Shown piece by piece: positions 52,817 to 63,678 of a DNA stretch of 64,000 nt. The stretch is from Patescibacteria group bacterium (GTDB lineage: Bacteria > Patescibacteriota > Microgenomatia > UBA10105 > UBA927). Positions within the stretch are counted from its first letter, which is position 1. Every line of letters starts with the position of its first letter. The notes beneath the pieces are model-generated. The model worked only from the letters and a program-made list of their open reading frames with translations. It did not search any database and had not been told where the DNA came from. The position numbers and the translations under genes were made by a program. The stretch is taken from contig DATKGN010000006.1 in the NCBI GenBank assembly GCA_035510735.1, positions 1,429-65,428 on the forward strand, given 5' to 3'.

Positions 52817-54328
52817 TCAAGCCGTGAATGTCTTTTTAAACTCAGAAACTGCATTTTTTAATCCTGTTTCGATTTCCGGCGTAATCGTTTTTTCTTTGGT
52901 TATCGCCGTCAACACTTTTTTGTGTGACCGTTCAACATACGTTAAGAATTCTTTTTCAAACCGTGATATGTCGGGAACCGGAACGTCATCAAGGTATCCG
53001 TTTGAACCCGCCCACATACTTGCAACCTGCTGTGCCATCGAAAGCGGCGCACCCCTTCCCTGCTTTAACAGTTCCATCATCCGGGCACCCCGTGCAATCT
53101 GTTTTTTGGTTGTCTCATCAACATCAGTCGAAAACTGTGCGAAAGCCGCAAGCGACCGATATTGGGCAAGGTCCAGCTTAAGGCTGCCCGCTACTTTTTT
53201 CATCGCCTTCACCTGCGCGGCTCCTCCGACACGGGAAACCGAAAATCCGACGTTAATAGCGGGCCTCTGTCCTGCGTTAAATAAATCAGACTCCAAAAAG
53301 AGCTGACCGTCGGTAATAGAGATAACGTTGGTCGGAATGTATGCTGAGATATCATTTGCCTGCGTTTCGATAATAGGAAGCGCCGTAATTGATCCTCCGC
53401 CGTGTGCCGCGTCCAGTCGGCATGCGCGCTCCAAAAGCCGGCTGTGAAGATAGAACACATCTCCCGGATAGGCTTCTCGGCCGCTTGGACGCTTCAAAAT
53501 AAGGGAAATCTGGCGGTATGCCCATGCATGTTTGGTCAAATCATCGTAGATGATAAGGACATCTTTACCCTTATCCATGAAATACTCAGCCATGGCACAT
53601 CCTGCATAGGGTGCGATATATTGATACGCAGCGGAATCGGCTGCCGAGGCCGCTACAATGATCGTATGTGCCATCGCTTTATGTTCGGCAAGCTCAGTTG
53701 CCACCTGCACGATACGCGACGTCTTTTGACCGACAGCGACGTAAATACAGATCACTCCCTCTTCTTTTTGATTGATGATCGTATCGACGACAACCGAGGT
53801 CTTCCCCGTATTGCGGTCTCCGATAATGAGTTCACGTTGTCCACGGCCGACAGGGATCATGGCATCGATCGCCTTGATACCGGTTTGAAGGGGAGTATTG
53901 ACCGGTTGACGAACAACGACGCCCGGAGCAATCTTCTCAAGAGGATAGAATTTTTTCGCCGTAATTTTCCCTTTACCGTCAATCGGGTCTCCGATTGGGT
54001 TAATAACGCGGCCTAAAAATGCCTCATCGACTGGCACGGACAATAATTGTCCGGTTGCTTTCACTTCATCGCCCTGTTTTAACTTGAGATAATCACCTAA
54101 AATAATGGCTCCGATTGAATCTTCTTCGAGGTTAATGGCAAATCCGTAAATTTCGTGTGGAAACTCAAGCCGTTCAAGATACGCGACATTTGGAAGCCCG
54201 CTGATTTTTGCAACGCCGTCACTGATGGACGTAATATATCCGACGTGCTTTGACGTCATCTTCGGCTCGAAGGACTCCATCTTTTTGGCGAGATCTTTTG
54301 CAATTTGTTGTGTGATATCGTTTTTCAT
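52817..54328 (-). CDS. atpA: F0F1 ATP synthase subunit alpha
   Basis: Walker A GDRNTGKT, alpha signature. Confidence 0.9.
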   Translation of the reverse strand: MKNDITQQIAKDLAKKMESFEPKMTSKHVGYITSISDGVAKISGLPNVAYLERLEFPHEIYGFAINLEEDSIGAIILGDYLKLKQGDEVKATGQLLSVPVDEAFLGRVINPIGDPIDGKGKITAKKFYPLEKIAPGVVVRQPVNTPLQTGIKAIDAMIPVGRGQRELIIGDRNTGKTSVVVDTIINQKEEGVICIYVAVGQKTSRIVQVATELAEHKAMAHTIIVAASAADSAAYQYIAPYAGCAMAEYFMDKGKDVLIIYDDLTKHAWAYRQISLILKRPSGREAYPGDVFYLHSRLLERACRLDAAHGGGSITALPIIETQANDISAYIPTNVISITDGQLFLESDLFNAGQRPAINVGFSVSRVGGAAQVKAMKKVAGSLKLDLAQYRSLAAFAQFSTDVDETTKKQIARGARMMELLKQGRGAPLSMAQQVASMWAGSNGYLDDVPVPDISRFEKEFLTYVERSHKKVLTAITKEKTITPEIETGLKNAVSEFKKTFTA

Positions 54329-54335
54329 ATGTTTT

Positions 54336-54692
54336 TTATTGATTTAACAGAAGGGCCAGCTGTTCAAGTTGACCTCTCATTGTCGTATCCACGATCCAGT
54401 CCCCCACCTGAATCCGCAGACCTGCAATGATGAGAGGGTTAACGGTACTTTCCAACTGTACTTCGTGTCCCAGTAATTTGACAAGAGCCTTCACGAGCCG
54501 CGCTTTTTCCTCTTCAGTAAGAGCGACGCTCGTTTCCACTTTGGCAATTTTTTCCTTCTTGGCGGTCGCCGTCACTTTCCCCAAAAACGCCTGCACCTTC
54601 GGTAACACTGCTTTTGATCGGTCTTCATGACGGAGATAATTGACAACCCCGTCAACGAGTCCGCGTGCATCTTTGGTTAAAGGTGTATCCAT
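54336..54692 (-). CDS. atpH: F0F1 ATP synthase subunit delta (short form, 118 aa)
   Basis: Position between atpF and atpA; helical OSCP-like C-terminal part only. Confidence 0.6.
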   Translation of the reverse strand: MDTPLTKDARGLVDGVVNYLRHEDRSKAVLPKVQAFLGKVTATAKKEKIAKVETSVALTEEEKARLVKALVKLLGHEVQLESTVNPLIIAGLRIQVGDWIVDTTMRGQLEQLALLLNQ

Positions 54693-54694
54693 AG

Positions 54695-55195
54695 TTAAAC
54701 CGATTTCATCGACTCCAGCTCACTCACGTGTTTGGCTATCATCGCGTGTTTTTCTTCGTTGGACAAAACTCCCGTCAACAGCCGTTTAGCCATCGCGATA
54801 GCAAGCTCGACTGCGCTGGCCTGAACCTGCTTTTGCATCGCAAGCCGCTCATGATCGATATCCGCCCGGGCTTTGAGAAGGATCACTTCCGCTTCCTTAT
54901 GCGCTTCGGCAATAATTTCCTTTTCCTCTTCTTTGGCCTGTTTCCGAGCTTCCTCAATAATGTCCTGACCCTCTTTTCGGACCGTGACGAGCATTTTCTG
55001 CTTTTTCTCTTCAAATTTTTCTTCCTCTTCGCGCATCTTCGCTGTCAGATTGAGGCCTTCAGCGATCTCTTTCTTCCGTTTTTCAAGCATACCGAGAATC
55101 GGTTTATATAAAAGCTTTGACAGCACAAACACTATAATCGCAAAGTTGACGATTTGTGCGATCAGTAATTTTGGTTCAATTCCTAATTTATCCAT
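54695..55195 (-). CDS. atpF: F0F1 ATP synthase subunit b
   Basis: N-terminal TM helix then long charged coiled coil. Confidence 0.8.
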   Translation of the reverse strand: MDKLGIEPKLLIAQIVNFAIIVFVLSKLLYKPILGMLEKRKKEIAEGLNLTAKMREEEEKFEEKKQKMLVTVRKEGQDIIEEARKQAKEEEKEIIAEAHKEAEVILLKARADIDHERLAMQKQVQASAVELAIAMAKRLLTGVLSNEEKHAMIAKHVSELESMKSV

Positions 55196-55288
55196 AAATG
55201 TTCCTTTCTATAACATCTGGCACATCAATGCCATTTTACCATCCCGCTTAGGGCGGGATGAGAAAACATCATTGTTTCCACTCACTCT

Positions 55289-55522
<234 letters not shown>

Positions 55523-55540
55523 TCACCTCCGATCAAAATT

Positions 55541-56272
55541 TTATGCGTGCTCCTCTCCGTGTGATACGGCGACATTGAGAAATACTGCGGTCAGCATTGA
55601 GAAAACAAGCGCCTGGATGAACCCGACGAATAATTCCAGGGTTAAGAAAGGGAGCGGCACGAGGAACGGCATGAGGAATGCCATAACTGCAAGGAGGACT
55701 TCGCCTGCAAAAATATTGCCGAATAACCGGAACGCAAACGAAATGACTTTCGACAGTTCAGACACAAGCTCAAGAATACCCAGGAGAAACATAATAGGGT
55801 TTGAAAAATTGATAAAGCGCGAACTGTAATGAAATCCGACTACCTTAAACCCGAAGTACTGAATTGCGATAACCGCAACGAGCGCGAGTCCGATCGTCAT
55901 ATTAAGATCAGCGGTTGCAGCCCTTAGGAGCGGTACAAATTCTTCACCATGGAAAAATCCAATGGTTCCGAAACCGGGCAAAAGCCCCAACCAGTTTGCT
56001 GTAATGATAAAAAGGAAAAAGCTTGCAACCAACGGGAAAAACTTATTGATATGCTTCTCTCCCGTAACGGACTTAAAAAAGTCATAGAGGCCTCCGATCA
56101 ACACTTCCGCAATTACCTGTATTCCCGATGGGATCATTTGAAGATTTCGTGTCGCAGCCCAGGAAAAAATAATGAGAACCGCCATGGTCACCCATGTTGC
56201 AAGAAGCGAATTGGTGATCGGCATTCCGAGAATGCTTCCGATTCTTTCCGCTGCAAGCGATATGTGTAGCAT
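55541..56272 (-). CDS. atpB: F0F1 ATP synthase subunit a
   Basis: 243 aa, 5-6 TM, conserved Arg region (FRLFGNIFAGE). Confidence 0.85.
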   Translation of the reverse strand: MLHISLAAERIGSILGMPITNSLLATWVTMAVLIIFSWAATRNLQMIPSGIQVIAEVLIGGLYDFFKSVTGEKHINKFFPLVASFFLFIITANWLGLLPGFGTIGFFHGEEFVPLLRAATADLNMTIGLALVAVIAIQYFGFKVVGFHYSSRFINFSNPIMFLLGILELVSELSKVISFAFRLFGNIFAGEVLLAVMAFLMPFLVPLPFLTLELFVGFIQALVFSMLTAVFLNVAVSHGEEHA

Positions 56273-56333
56273 ATATTCCTTAATTTGTTTACGATTGTGT
56301 TAATACCCGAACAAATTTTATTTGAAGGGTATA

Positions 56334-56675
56334 TTATTTTTTTTGATTCAATAGTTCACGGATAGTCTGTATAAATCCGACAACTGAAATGACGATGCCG
56401 ACAAAAAGTAATAAGAGGGTTGCTTTTGGGTACGTTGATAGTCTTCTATCAATGTATGCCCCGAGTAACCCCCCACCGACAATCGGCAGCGCGATCGCAT
56501 ATCCGATTTGACCGACAAACCCGAGATAGAACCATGCACCAGTATCTTCTTTCCTCTTCTTTTTAGGTGAATTCCCGCTTACTTCAACAATCCCGTTAAT
56601 ATCCTTTATGTGAAGCCGATATGATTCTTTCTTCGGTCCTTTTTGTTCTCCAAACTTTTCTATTTTCGTATTCAT
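56334..56675 (-). CDS. atpZ: AtpZ/AtpI-family protein (ATP synthase operon gene 1)
   Basis: Small 2-TM protein at the head of the atp operon (FYLGFVGQIGYAIALPIVGGGLLGAYID). Confidence 0.6.
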   Translation of the reverse strand: MNTKIEKFGEQKGPKKESYRLHIKDINGIVEVSGNSPKKKRKEDTGAWFYLGFVGQIGYAIALPIVGGGLLGAYIDRRLSTYPKATLLLLFVGIVISVVGFIQTIRELLNQKK

Positions 56676-56899
56676 TGTAGTAAATGAAAGCCTACTCCGT
56701 CAATGCGTAACCGTGATGCATGTGTGTAAGGTAGGTTACATTTAGGCACGGGCATATTGAAGCCTTGAGCACCTTCAGCCCTAGGATTCTTTTATTGTAT
56801 ATCAATCTTCTTCATTATCACAAAGCTGAAATTCCACGAAGCGGCATTAACAACGCTCCCATCCGGGGTTGGTGACTCCCGGGATACCGCGTAGTGGGA

Positions 56900-59800
56900 T
56901 TATTCTGTTGAATAGGTTTGAGCTGAGAGTAAATTCGCATCATCAATGAGGATGGTGAGCCGGTCGTCTTTCTCGTCGATTTTACCGCCCACCGTCACGA
57001 TCTGGTCCATCTGCCAATAATCCATCGTCCGCGCATACACCTTAGGGAATACGACTATTTCAATTATTCCGGTCAGATCCTCGAGCTTCACGAAGGCCAT
57101 CTCATGGTTGCCGGCTTTTGTCGTAATCCGCTTCACATTGACGACAATTCCGCCGACTGATACCCGTTCACCGACCCTATTAACGTTGATATCGGCAATT
57201 GAGGTTAAGGAAAGCGTGCTTAGCTGCTTCCGGTACGGTTCCAAAGGATGCATCGTGAGGTAAAATCCCAATAATTCCTTTTCGTACGCCAGAAGCTCAG
57301 ACTGGGCGATCTCCGGCACTTGAGGGAGAATGTCAGAGAGAATCTGTTTTGCATCATCTTCGGCAAACAACCCGACCTGACCTGATGCGACCTGTTTTTT
57401 TTGCTTATGAACCTGGTCAAGAACCGCCGGAAGGAACGCAAGGAGTGCCGCGCGTTTCCCGAATGCATCCATGGCGCCGGCTTTGATGAGACTCTCAAGC
57501 ACTTTCTTATTGACCTTGCCGGTTTCCACACGGCCCAAGAAATCCCCGATTCCCACGAATTTACCGGCAGCGCGGGCGGCAAGGATGACTTCGATTGCCG
57601 CTTCACCCACATTCTTGACCGCAGACAGTCCGAAACGGATCTTTTCATTCTCTATCGTAAACTCCACGTCCGATGAATTCACGTCTGGAGGGAGGAGCGC
57701 GATTCCGGTCCTCCGGCACTCGGCAACGATACTTGAGATCTTATCGTCGCGTGCCGGCCCCGTATTTGCCCGGGACTCAGCAGCCAATACCGCAGTCATG
57801 TATTCAACTGGATAATTGGCTTTGAGGTACGCTGTCTGATAGGCAATCATGGCGTAACATGCCGCATGCGCTTTGTTAAATCCGTAGCCGGCGAAGGGCT
57901 CAATGAGATTGAAAATCTCCTCAGCGCCCTGCCTGGCCATCCCGTTTTTGATACATCCTTCGACAAATTTCTCCTTCTGTTTCTTCATTTCCGAAGGAAT
58001 CTTTTTGCCTACTGCCTTCCGAAGCTTATCGGCGTCCCCCCACGAGTAACCGGCCAGGGTGATGGCGGTCAAAAGCACGTCGTCCTGGTAGGCGATAATC
58101 CCGTAGGATTGTTTCAAAACATCCTTAAGCCGGGGGTCCGGGTACATAATCTGTGTGGGATCGTGTTTCCGCCGTATAAATTCGGGGATGACCTGCATGG
58201 GTCCGGGCCGGAAAAGGGCGACCATCGCCATGACATCGAAGATGTTGGTGGGCCGTAATTCCTTGATGTAGCGCCGCATGCCCGCCGACTCAAGCTGGAA
58301 TACGCCTGTTGTCTCGCCGCTTGAAAGCATTTTGTAGGTCTTCGCGTCGTTAAGCGGGATTGAGGATAAGTTAATCGTCTCCCCGCGCACTTGTTTAATA
58401 AATTTGAGGGCCTGTGTCATGATCGTCAGGTTCCGTAAGCCCAAAAAGTCCATCTTGAGAAGCCCCACGCCGTCTTCGCCTACGGTATACATATCGTATT
58501 GGGTCACAATCCGCTCGCCCTTACTCTCACGCTGGAGCGGTGTATACTCGACGATCGCCTTGTCGGCGATGACAACGCCTGCTGCATGAACCGACGCATG
58601 GCGTGCAACGCCTTCGAGCTTCCGCGCGACATCAAGAAGCCGCTTGGTCTCCGGTTCACTTTGGTACGCCAGAGCGAGCTCTGGCGCCTGCTGGATAGCT
58701 TTATCGATTGTCATCGCACTTCCCTGAAATCCCATGGGAATCATCTTTGAAATCCTATCCGGCTGTGCATAGGGCATCCCGAGCGCCCGGCCGGCATCAC
58801 GGACGGCACCGCGCGCCTCCATCGTGCCGAAGGTGATAATCTGGGCGACCTTGTCCGAACCATACCGCTGTGTGACGTATTTGATGACTTCATCACGCCT
58901 ATCATCAGCAAAATCAAGGTCGATATCGGGGGGGCTAGGGCGGAATGGATTTAAAAACCGCTCAAACGGGAGGTTAAAGAATAAGGGATCAATGCCGGTG
59001 ATGTTGAGGATAAACGAAATAACTGACCCCGCAGCCGATCCGCGTCCGGGTCCGACCCCGATCCCGTTATTCTTAGCCCAGTTGACGAAATCCTGGACGA
59101 TAAGGAAATACGTCGAATAGCCCTTGGTATTGATAATGTCGAGCTCGTAATTGATCCGTTCCCGTACCGCTTCCGTCATCTTTGGATATTTCGTAGGCGC
59201 CCGGTCCCAAACCATTTTACGTAGGTACGAAGCCGGCGTCTCTCCCGCTTCAAGCGGATACTGCGGCAAAATCCATTTTCCGACAGATAAGGTGATGTCG
59301 CACATGGATGCGATCTTGACGGTATTTTCAATCGCCTCAGGATATTGGATGAAAAGTCCGCGCATCTCTTCGGGCGAACGCATATAAAAATCAGGCGACT
59401 CAAGCATCGAGAGCGGCCGGTCCTTCTCTATCATCGTGTGCTGGGTCTGGACGCAAAGGAGAATTTCCTGCGCCTCCGCATCTTCGGGGTCTACATAATG
59501 AATGTCGTTGGTCGCGACCAAGGGAAGGCCAAGCTTGCGCGACAGCGCAACGAGCTTCTCATTGATTTCGTCCTGGAGGGGAATATGGGGGTGTTTCTGA
59601 AGCTCTATATAATAATGATCGCTGCCGAAAAGCTCGCTATACTTCCTCGCCGTATCCTCTGCCTCTTTGTCTTTCCCCTCACGCAGGAGTACGGATATCT
59701 GCCCCTGAAGACACGCGCTGGTGCAGATGATCCCTTCGTGATATTTGGTCAGAAGTTCGAAGTCGATGCGCGGTTTGTAGTAGTAGCCTTCAAGGTGCGC

Positions 59801-60124
59801 GATCGTGACGAGCTTCATGAGGTTCTTGTATCCTTCCTCGTTTTTGGCAAGGAGAATGAGATGGTATGGGTCGGTATCAATCTTTCCCTCTTTATCGAGG
59901 TGGCTCCGGCGGGCAATATACGTCTCCACTCCTAAAATCGGTTTAATGCCCGCGGCTTTGGCTTTAAGGTAAAACTTGAAGGAGCCGTACATGGCGCCGT
60001 GATCGGTGAGGGCCAAGGCATCCATCCCGAACGATTTGGCGCGCTCAATAAGGTGGTCCAATTTCCCCAGTCCATCAAGGAGTGAAAATTCGCTGTGCGT
60101 GTGCAAGTGTACAAAATCTCCCAT
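56900..60124 (-). CDS. dnaE: DNA polymerase III alpha subunit
   Basis: PHP N-terminus FVHLHTHSEFSLLDG, polymerase core, OB-fold tail. Start placed at MGDFVHLH (60124); alternative upstream ATG at 60142 (MTTALIMGDF) lies inside the hairpin repeat. Confidence 0.85.
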   Translation of the reverse strand: MGDFVHLHTHSEFSLLDGLGKLDHLIERAKSFGMDALALTDHGAMYGSFKFYLKAKAAGIKPILGVETYIARRSHLDKEGKIDTDPYHLILLAKNEEGYKNLMKLVTIAHLEGYYYKPRIDFELLTKYHEGIICTSACLQGQISVLLREGKDKEAEDTARKYSELFGSDHYYIELQKHPHIPLQDEINEKLVALSRKLGLPLVATNDIHYVDPEDAEAQEILLCVQTQHTMIEKDRPLSMLESPDFYMRSPEEMRGLFIQYPEAIENTVKIASMCDITLSVGKWILPQYPLEAGETPASYLRKMVWDRAPTKYPKMTEAVRERINYELDIINTKGYSTYFLIVQDFVNWAKNNGIGVGPGRGSAAGSVISFILNITGIDPLFFNLPFERFLNPFRPSPPDIDLDFADDRRDEVIKYVTQRYGSDKVAQIITFGTMEARGAVRDAGRALGMPYAQPDRISKMIPMGFQGSAMTIDKAIQQAPELALAYQSEPETKRLLDVARKLEGVARHASVHAAGVVIADKAIVEYTPLQRESKGERIVTQYDMYTVGEDGVGLLKMDFLGLRNLTIMTQALKFIKQVRGETINLSSIPLNDAKTYKMLSSGETTGVFQLESAGMRRYIKELRPTNIFDVMAMVALFRPGPMQVIPEFIRRKHDPTQIMYPDPRLKDVLKQSYGIIAYQDDVLLTAITLAGYSWGDADKLRKAVGKKIPSEMKKQKEKFVEGCIKNGMARQGAEEIFNLIEPFAGYGFNKAHAACYAMIAYQTAYLKANYPVEYMTAVLAAESRANTGPARDDKISSIVAECRRTGIALLPPDVNSSDVEFTIENEKIRFGLSAVKNVGEAAIEVILAARAAGKFVGIGDFLGRVETGKVNKKVLESLIKAGAMDAFGKRAALLAFLPAVLDQVHKQKKQVASGQVGLFAEDDAKQILSDILPQVPEIAQSELLAYEKELLGFYLTMHPLEPYRKQLSTLSLTSIADINVNRVGERVSVGGIVVNVKRITTKAGNHEMAFVKLEDLTGIIEIVVFPKVYARTMDYWQMDQIVTVGGKIDEKDDRLTILIDDANLLSAQTYSTE

Positions 60125-60136
60125 AATTAGTGCGGT

Positions 60137-60219
60137 TGTCATTGCGAGCCCGTTCTTACGGCGAAGCAATCCCTCCCTGCGCAGGCAGGTCAAATACAAA
60201 AATCTTCGCTCGCAACGAC
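60137..60219. repeat. palindromic element TGTCATTGCGAGC...GCTCGCAACGAC (family copy) covering the dnaE 5' end
   Basis: gtcattgcgagcccgttcttacggcgaagcaatccctcc...cttcgctcgcaacgac; left arm nearly identical to the right arm of the 41174..41259 copy. Confidence 0.6.
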
Positions 60220-60240
60220 CGATCGAACGCTGTTCGTACA

Positions 60241-60271
60241 ATAGCTAAAACCTATGGGAGATGCAAGAGGA
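60241..60271. repeat. 31-bp perfect direct repeat, left copy (ATAGCTAAAACCTATGGGAGATGCAAGAGGA)
   Basis: Identical 31-mer recurs at 62156..62186. Confidence 0.9.
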
Positions 60272-60309
60272 AATCACATCTACATCGTTAACGATTTTGT
60301 TGAATACTT

Positions 60310-62106
60310 CTACGTTTTTCCACCCGTATATATAGCGTTAATATCCATTTTTCGTAAGAGCAGCTCTAATCCTTCTCTCGATAATCCGTTTGTTTTTGCT
60401 AGTGGCCGCATTTGTTTTCTCACAGATAAACCTTGATCTATACGACTAATAAGATTATTGCAGAACAACAATTCACGCGCGGACAATGAGCTACGTTTTT
60501 CTAATAACTTTTTGGCTCCCTCATATACCGATACTACGAAATCCGGTTTCTGTTCCAAATAGTGTCTGAGATTATCGATATTTGATCTATGATTAGAACG
60601 TAATAAACCCTGACTTTGAAGAGTATCAAGGTTTGCATATCGCCCAGTTGAATCAGCTGTGGTAAGCAATTGAAAAAGCTTCCATGAATCCTGCGTTAAA
60701 TTGGCGAGATCAAATTTTGTGACAGTAGATTTACGATGCAACAAATAATGGTGAGCTGAATTATTCCTTATCCTGTTTCCGTTTGTGTCACAAAATATTT
60801 GTATTCTGTTGGATAGTAACCCGCGAATTTTCCTTAGGATATATGTTGTTTGCGTGCTATCAGGGAGCTGTTTTTTAATCTGAGAAATATATTCATATGC
60901 ATATCTATTATGTTCATCTTTTTCAAACATCATTCTTACGAAGGATCTTTCAAGATCCGTTAAGCTCCCAAATAGTTTTTTTGTTTCTTCGGGTGTCAAT
61001 TGTTCTAATTCCAAACGCAAAGGTTGATGCCTTGCGTAATAATTAAATCTACTGATTTCAAAATCCGCTTCAATTGCCGAAACATACCCTTTTATATTCA
61101 CCGGGTCATCTGGAATAACCTTAGTGCTCCCTAGTCTCTCTGCATATGCTTGTACACCCTTATTAAAGTCTCCATGCAGTTGCCAACGATTTAAATGTAA
61201 GCGTGCAAAAAACTCTGGTTTTTTTGTTTCCGAATACACATAACCCATACAATATAATATTGCAAACGACTGATGAGGCTGTAATTCTGATAACAAGTTA
61301 AAAATCTGCCGTATAGTTAACTGCTTGGACACCTCAGCAAACCGCTGTCGAAGAGAATTAGCAGAGGGTATACCTACCGAACCTGAGTCTTCAGACGTTG
61401 GCAGTGACTGAAAATCATTTTGCCCTTTTTGTACCAGCGCTTTAATTTCTGGGCCTATGACGTCATCATCCGGAGGCGCGCCATCTTCAATCCAAGCAAC
61501 AAGTGCTTTTTTTTGTGAAGCTGATAATGAGTCAACAACCTGTGATATTTCATTCAGAGATTCCCGTTGTTCCACGATCTGTTCCGGTGTCATTGATTCA
61601 TCAGGAAATATAAAGTCGTCATCTCCACCGTCATCAAAATCATCGTGGTGGACCATTCTGATCCTGTCGGTTGCCTGAATCTCTCTAAAATTATTTACTC
61701 TACTCATGATAGGCATTATGCGGAATATATACCTATCCATTTGGTGAATAAAATCTTCTTCGTCTCGAACAGTATCAACCTTCTTATACTTTCTTAACCA
61801 ATCCTCAACCCGCGGTTGATACTGCTCCGTAATCTCATCATCGAGAATGTGGTGTTTTTTAAACTTACTGAAACTGTTATAAATATATTGTTCAAATCGG
61901 AACAGACCCTCCCGCACATCCGTTTCAGTGTACACATGGTCCGCGTATGATTGCAGATCATAGAGTATATCGCCCATTCTCACATTATGAACATCGACGA
62001 AGGGAACAGAGTAGAGATGAGACACTCTTCTCGCGGAACCTACTATAGACTGCATGTCGGCAAATTGAAGCTCTTTAACGGATTCTTTTTTAATTACTTC
62101 GTTCAT
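60310..62106 (-). CDS. hypothetical 598-aa protein (orphan, no recognised domain) carried on the segment bounded by the 31-bp direct repeats
   Basis: Long uninterrupted ORF, acidic DDFDDGGDDD tract, no motif I can assign. Confidence 0.5.
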   Translation of the reverse strand: MNEVIKKESVKELQFADMQSIVGSARRVSHLYSVPFVDVHNVRMGDILYDLQSYADHVYTETDVREGLFRFEQYIYNSFSKFKKHHILDDEITEQYQPRVEDWLRKYKKVDTVRDEEDFIHQMDRYIFRIMPIMSRVNNFREIQATDRIRMVHHDDFDDGGDDDFIFPDESMTPEQIVEQRESLNEISQVVDSLSASQKKALVAWIEDGAPPDDDVIGPEIKALVQKGQNDFQSLPTSEDSGSVGIPSANSLRQRFAEVSKQLTIRQIFNLLSELQPHQSFAILYCMGYVYSETKKPEFFARLHLNRWQLHGDFNKGVQAYAERLGSTKVIPDDPVNIKGYVSAIEADFEISRFNYYARHQPLRLELEQLTPEETKKLFGSLTDLERSFVRMMFEKDEHNRYAYEYISQIKKQLPDSTQTTYILRKIRGLLSNRIQIFCDTNGNRIRNNSAHHYLLHRKSTVTKFDLANLTQDSWKLFQLLTTADSTGRYANLDTLQSQGLLRSNHRSNIDNLRHYLEQKPDFVVSVYEGAKKLLEKRSSLSARELLFCNNLISRIDQGLSVRKQMRPLAKTNGLSREGLELLLRKMDINAIYTGGKT

Positions 62107-62155
62107 GATGTATGAGGCAGATTTTGGCGGTTAAAATCATCGTAATAGTTTCACG

Positions 62156-62186
62156 ATAGCTAAAACCTATGGGAGATGCAAGAGGA
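62156..62186. repeat. 31-bp perfect direct repeat, right copy
   Basis: Identical to 60241..60271. Confidence 0.9.
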
Positions 62187-62203
62187 TGTTAAGGAGATTG
62201 GCT

Positions 62204-63067
62204 ATGCTATACTGCGTTGTAAATAGTATGAATGCATACTTTGAACTAATTCTTGCATCGATCATATTTGCTTCCGGGGGCGTGTTCGTAAAAATCCTGC
62301 ACCTCCCGTCAACGACGCTGACCTTTTTCCGTGTCGGTGTCCCGACAATCGTACTTTTTATCTACCTGACAGCAAAGAAGATTCCGCTTTTTCGGGGAAA
62401 TAATAAACTTGTTCTCATCGCTTCCGCTCTTAACGCCGTCCGACTTCTCATGTACTTCATCGCATATACGATGGCGACGATTGGAAACGCGTCACTGATG
62501 ACCGCGACAACACCGATCTTCATATTTATCTACAGCTATTTCTTCCTGAAAGAAAAAATCAGCAGGAAACGCTTTTTCCTCCTTGCGCTCGCGATATCAG
62601 GCGCTGTCGTCCTCTACAGCAACCAACCGATCTCATTCGGGAACAAAGATTTTATCGGCATGACGTTTGCACTCCTCTCAACGGCTCTCTATGCATTTAC
62701 AGTAATTATCTTTAAAAAGGAACTCTCACGATATACAAAAGCAGAAACCATTTTTTACCAGAACGTCGTCGGAGCGTTTGTGTTTTTACCATTCCTTTTC
62801 ATCAACCATCCGGCTCCGGTGCTTTGGCAAATATCTTTGGCTTCAGTATCCGGATTACTCATAGGCATCGTGGGTTTTATCTTCTACTTCGCGGCCCTCA
62901 AGAAAGTTGCGGCATCCGCCGTATCGCTGGCATCAATCGATAGTGTCATCGCCGTCCTCTTCGGTATTCTCTTCTTCAAAGAGCATCTGACGCCCAACAT
63001 GGTCATCGGCGGCGCCTGCATCCTCACGGCGTCGCTCTTTATCCAAAAAGAAATGAGAAAAACTTGA
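62204..63067 (+). CDS. EamA/DMT-family transporter
   Basis: 10 TM, duplicated EamA halves; start at ATG 62204 with AAGGAG 7 nt upstream (track start 62186 lies in the repeat). Confidence 0.6.
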   Translation: MLYCVVNSMNAYFELILASIIFASGGVFVKILHLPSTTLTFFRVGVPTIVLFIYLTAKKIPLFRGNNKLVLIASALNAVRLLMYFIAYTMATIGNASLMTATTPIFIFIYSYFFLKEKISRKRFFLLALAISGAVVLYSNQPISFGNKDFIGMTFALLSTALYAFTVIIFKKELSRYTKAETIFYQNVVGAFVFLPFLFINHPAPVLWQISLASVSGLLIGIVGFIFYFAALKKVAASAVSLASIDSVIAVLFGILFFKEHLTPNMVIGGACILTASLFIQKEMRKT

Positions 63068-63124
63068 TCCGACAAGATTGAAAGAAAGAACGTTCAATAT
63101 ACTTTTGATATACTGTACGCATAC

Positions 63125-63499
63125 ATGGACACAGAATTAAAACAATTACTCGCGACCGACAAATCATTTTCCGACCTGTCAAAAGAAAAAGGCGCGGCTG
63201 AAGCATTCTCTCGGTATCTTGTGAAGGACGCCACCATGCTCCCGAATAATGGAACCCCAATTGTAGGAATCGCCGCGATATATAAATCCATGAGCCTGGG
63301 AAAGAATGAAGTATTAACCTGGGAACCAAAGGGTGGGGATGTTTCAAAAATAGCGGACATGGGCTACACCTGGGGTATATTTAATCTTTCATTAGCTAAT
63401 GGGAAAATAGAAACAGGTAAATACTTAAATGTTTGGCGAAAACAAGATGATGGATCTTGGAAGGTAGAGGTAGATATGGGGAATAATAATCCCGCTTAA
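63125..63499 (+). CDS. NTF2-like/SnoaL-like (DUF4440-type) small protein
   Basis: C-terminal VWRKQDDGSWKV pattern typical of NTF2-like fold proteins. Confidence 0.4.
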   Translation: MDTELKQLLATDKSFSDLSKEKGAAEAFSRYLVKDATMLPNNGTPIVGIAAIYKSMSLGKNEVLTWEPKGGDVSKIADMGYTWGIFNLSLANGKIETGKYLNVWRKQDDGSWKVEVDMGNNNPA

Positions 63500-63678
63500 G
63501 AATCAGTCAATAAGTTGCTTCGTTAAGTAATCCATCACTTTCTTCTTATCCCCTTTTCCTTTAAGAGTCTTTAGCACGTTGCCGAAGAGGAACATTTCAT
63601 CTGCTCTTAGCCCGTTTTGAATCGACACTTCTGCTTCCACTCCTATAATTACCCTATGAAAGGAATGAGAGAAGGAAA

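Noticed and set aside
56676-56735. Possible sigma70 promoter (TTGACG ... TACTAC) ahead of atpZ
   Set aside because: -10 is poor and would abut the ATG; kept only as a remark
56861-56885. Hairpin (ATCCCGGG/CCCCGGAT) 15 nt downstream of dnaE stop
   Set aside because: One mismatch and no U-tract, so not a convincing intrinsic terminator
57220-59935. Multiple 60-196-aa ORFs on both strands inside dnaE
   Set aside because: All overlap the dnaE reading frame; Arg/Ser-rich spurious translations
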